DNA from: Pristiophorus japonicus
Taxonomy: Eukaryota
Direction of reading: 5' to 3'
DNA: 64,000 bases
Assembly: GCF_044704955.1 (NCBI RefSeq)
Contig: NW_027253183.1
Location: 558,001-622,000 of the forward strand
Positions 63,351-64,000 of the stretch are shown here, piece by piece; within the stretch, counting starts at the first letter, position 1, and each line of letters begins with the position of its first letter. The translations under genes and the position numbers were made by a program. The notes below the pieces were generated by a model, which did no database searches, was not told the DNA's origin, and saw nothing but the letters and a program-made list of their open reading frames with translations.

Positions 63351-64000
63351 GTGGGTAGCACTCTCGCCTCTGAGTCAGAAGGTTGTGGGTTCAAGTCCCA
63401 CTCCAGAGACTTGAGCACAAAAAAGTCTCGGCTTACACTCCAGTGTGGTGCACTGTCGGAGATGCCGTCTTTCGGATGAGACGTTAAACCGAGGTCCCGT
63501 CTGCTCTCTCAAATGGACGTAAAAGATCCCATGGCACTATTTGGAAGAAGAGCAGAGGAGTTATCCTCGGTGTCTTGGCCAATTATCCCTCAATCAACAT
63601 AACAAAAAAAACAGATTATCTGGTTATTATCACTTGCTGGGAGCTTGCTGTGCGCATATTGGCTGCCGCATTTCCTACATTACAACAGTGACTACACTCC
63701 AAAAGTACCTAATTGGCTGTAAAGCACTTTGAGACATCCGGTGATCATAAAAGGCGCTATATAAATGCTAGTCTTTCTTTCTTTACCACTTCCCACCCTG
63801 CCATAGTATCCCTCGATCCCTTCTCCCTCATGGATGCACCAAGCCACCAGCTTCAACTGCTCCGTGTGGCATCGAGTTCCACATTCTCACCACTCTCTGT
63901 CAACAGATCCCTCCTAAATTCTTGATTTGATCTGTTAGTGACTATCTTGCCTATTTCTGTCCCTTTATTCTAGACTCACTCAAAGGTGGAAACAATCTCT

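Larger units (their letters stand above)
60568..63785 (+). mobile_element. tRNA-derived DeuSINE (SacSINE1-like), head split by a Tx1-like insertion
   Basis: A box GTAGCTCAGTGG at ~60572, B box GGTTCAAGTCC at ~63388, Deu core TTCGGATGAGACGTTAAACCGAGG..AAAGATCCCATGGCACT, L2-like tail ending (TCTT)n. Confidence 0.85.

Noticed and set aside
63351-63410. tRNA-like sequence with a B box
   Set aside because: It is the head of the DeuSINE, not a tRNA gene

Overview
Vertebrate genomic DNA, almost certainly from a cartilaginous fish (shark-type CR1 LINEs with (TATGTTTC)n tails, a SacSINE1-like DeuSINE, L2, RTE, Harbinger and Mag-like Gypsy elements). Roughly 80% of the window is nested, mostly decayed transposable elements, and nearly every long ORF in the track is TE-derived or a minisatellite artefact. 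The unique islands contain pieces of a tandemly duplicated immunoglobulin-superfamily receptor gene on the + strand. These are an intact germline V+J-fused exon (2253-2597), a pseudogenised paralogous VJ exon (25995-26351), an intact signal-peptide exon (49769-49820) behind an Ets/Runx-type promoter with a paralog at about 20450, a duplicated 600-bp intronic block, a possible frameshifted transmembrane exon, and a 43-nt exon with the phase and spacing of the second half of an ITAM. No RSS flanks the V exons. My main hypothesis (inference) is a birth-and-death cluster of non-rearranging, antigen-receptor-like receptors with a built-in ITAM. Other notable items are an ORF1-only Tx1-like retroelement inserted with a 15-bp TSD into the tRNA head of a DeuSINE, three Gypsy insertions all flanked by GAGGN, a CpG-island promoter with a CDE/CHR-like element and a 10-nt first coding exon, and a 28-bp minisatellite split by a tailless CR1 5' end. 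TE boundaries were read by eye and are approximate unless a TSD or TIR is quoted.
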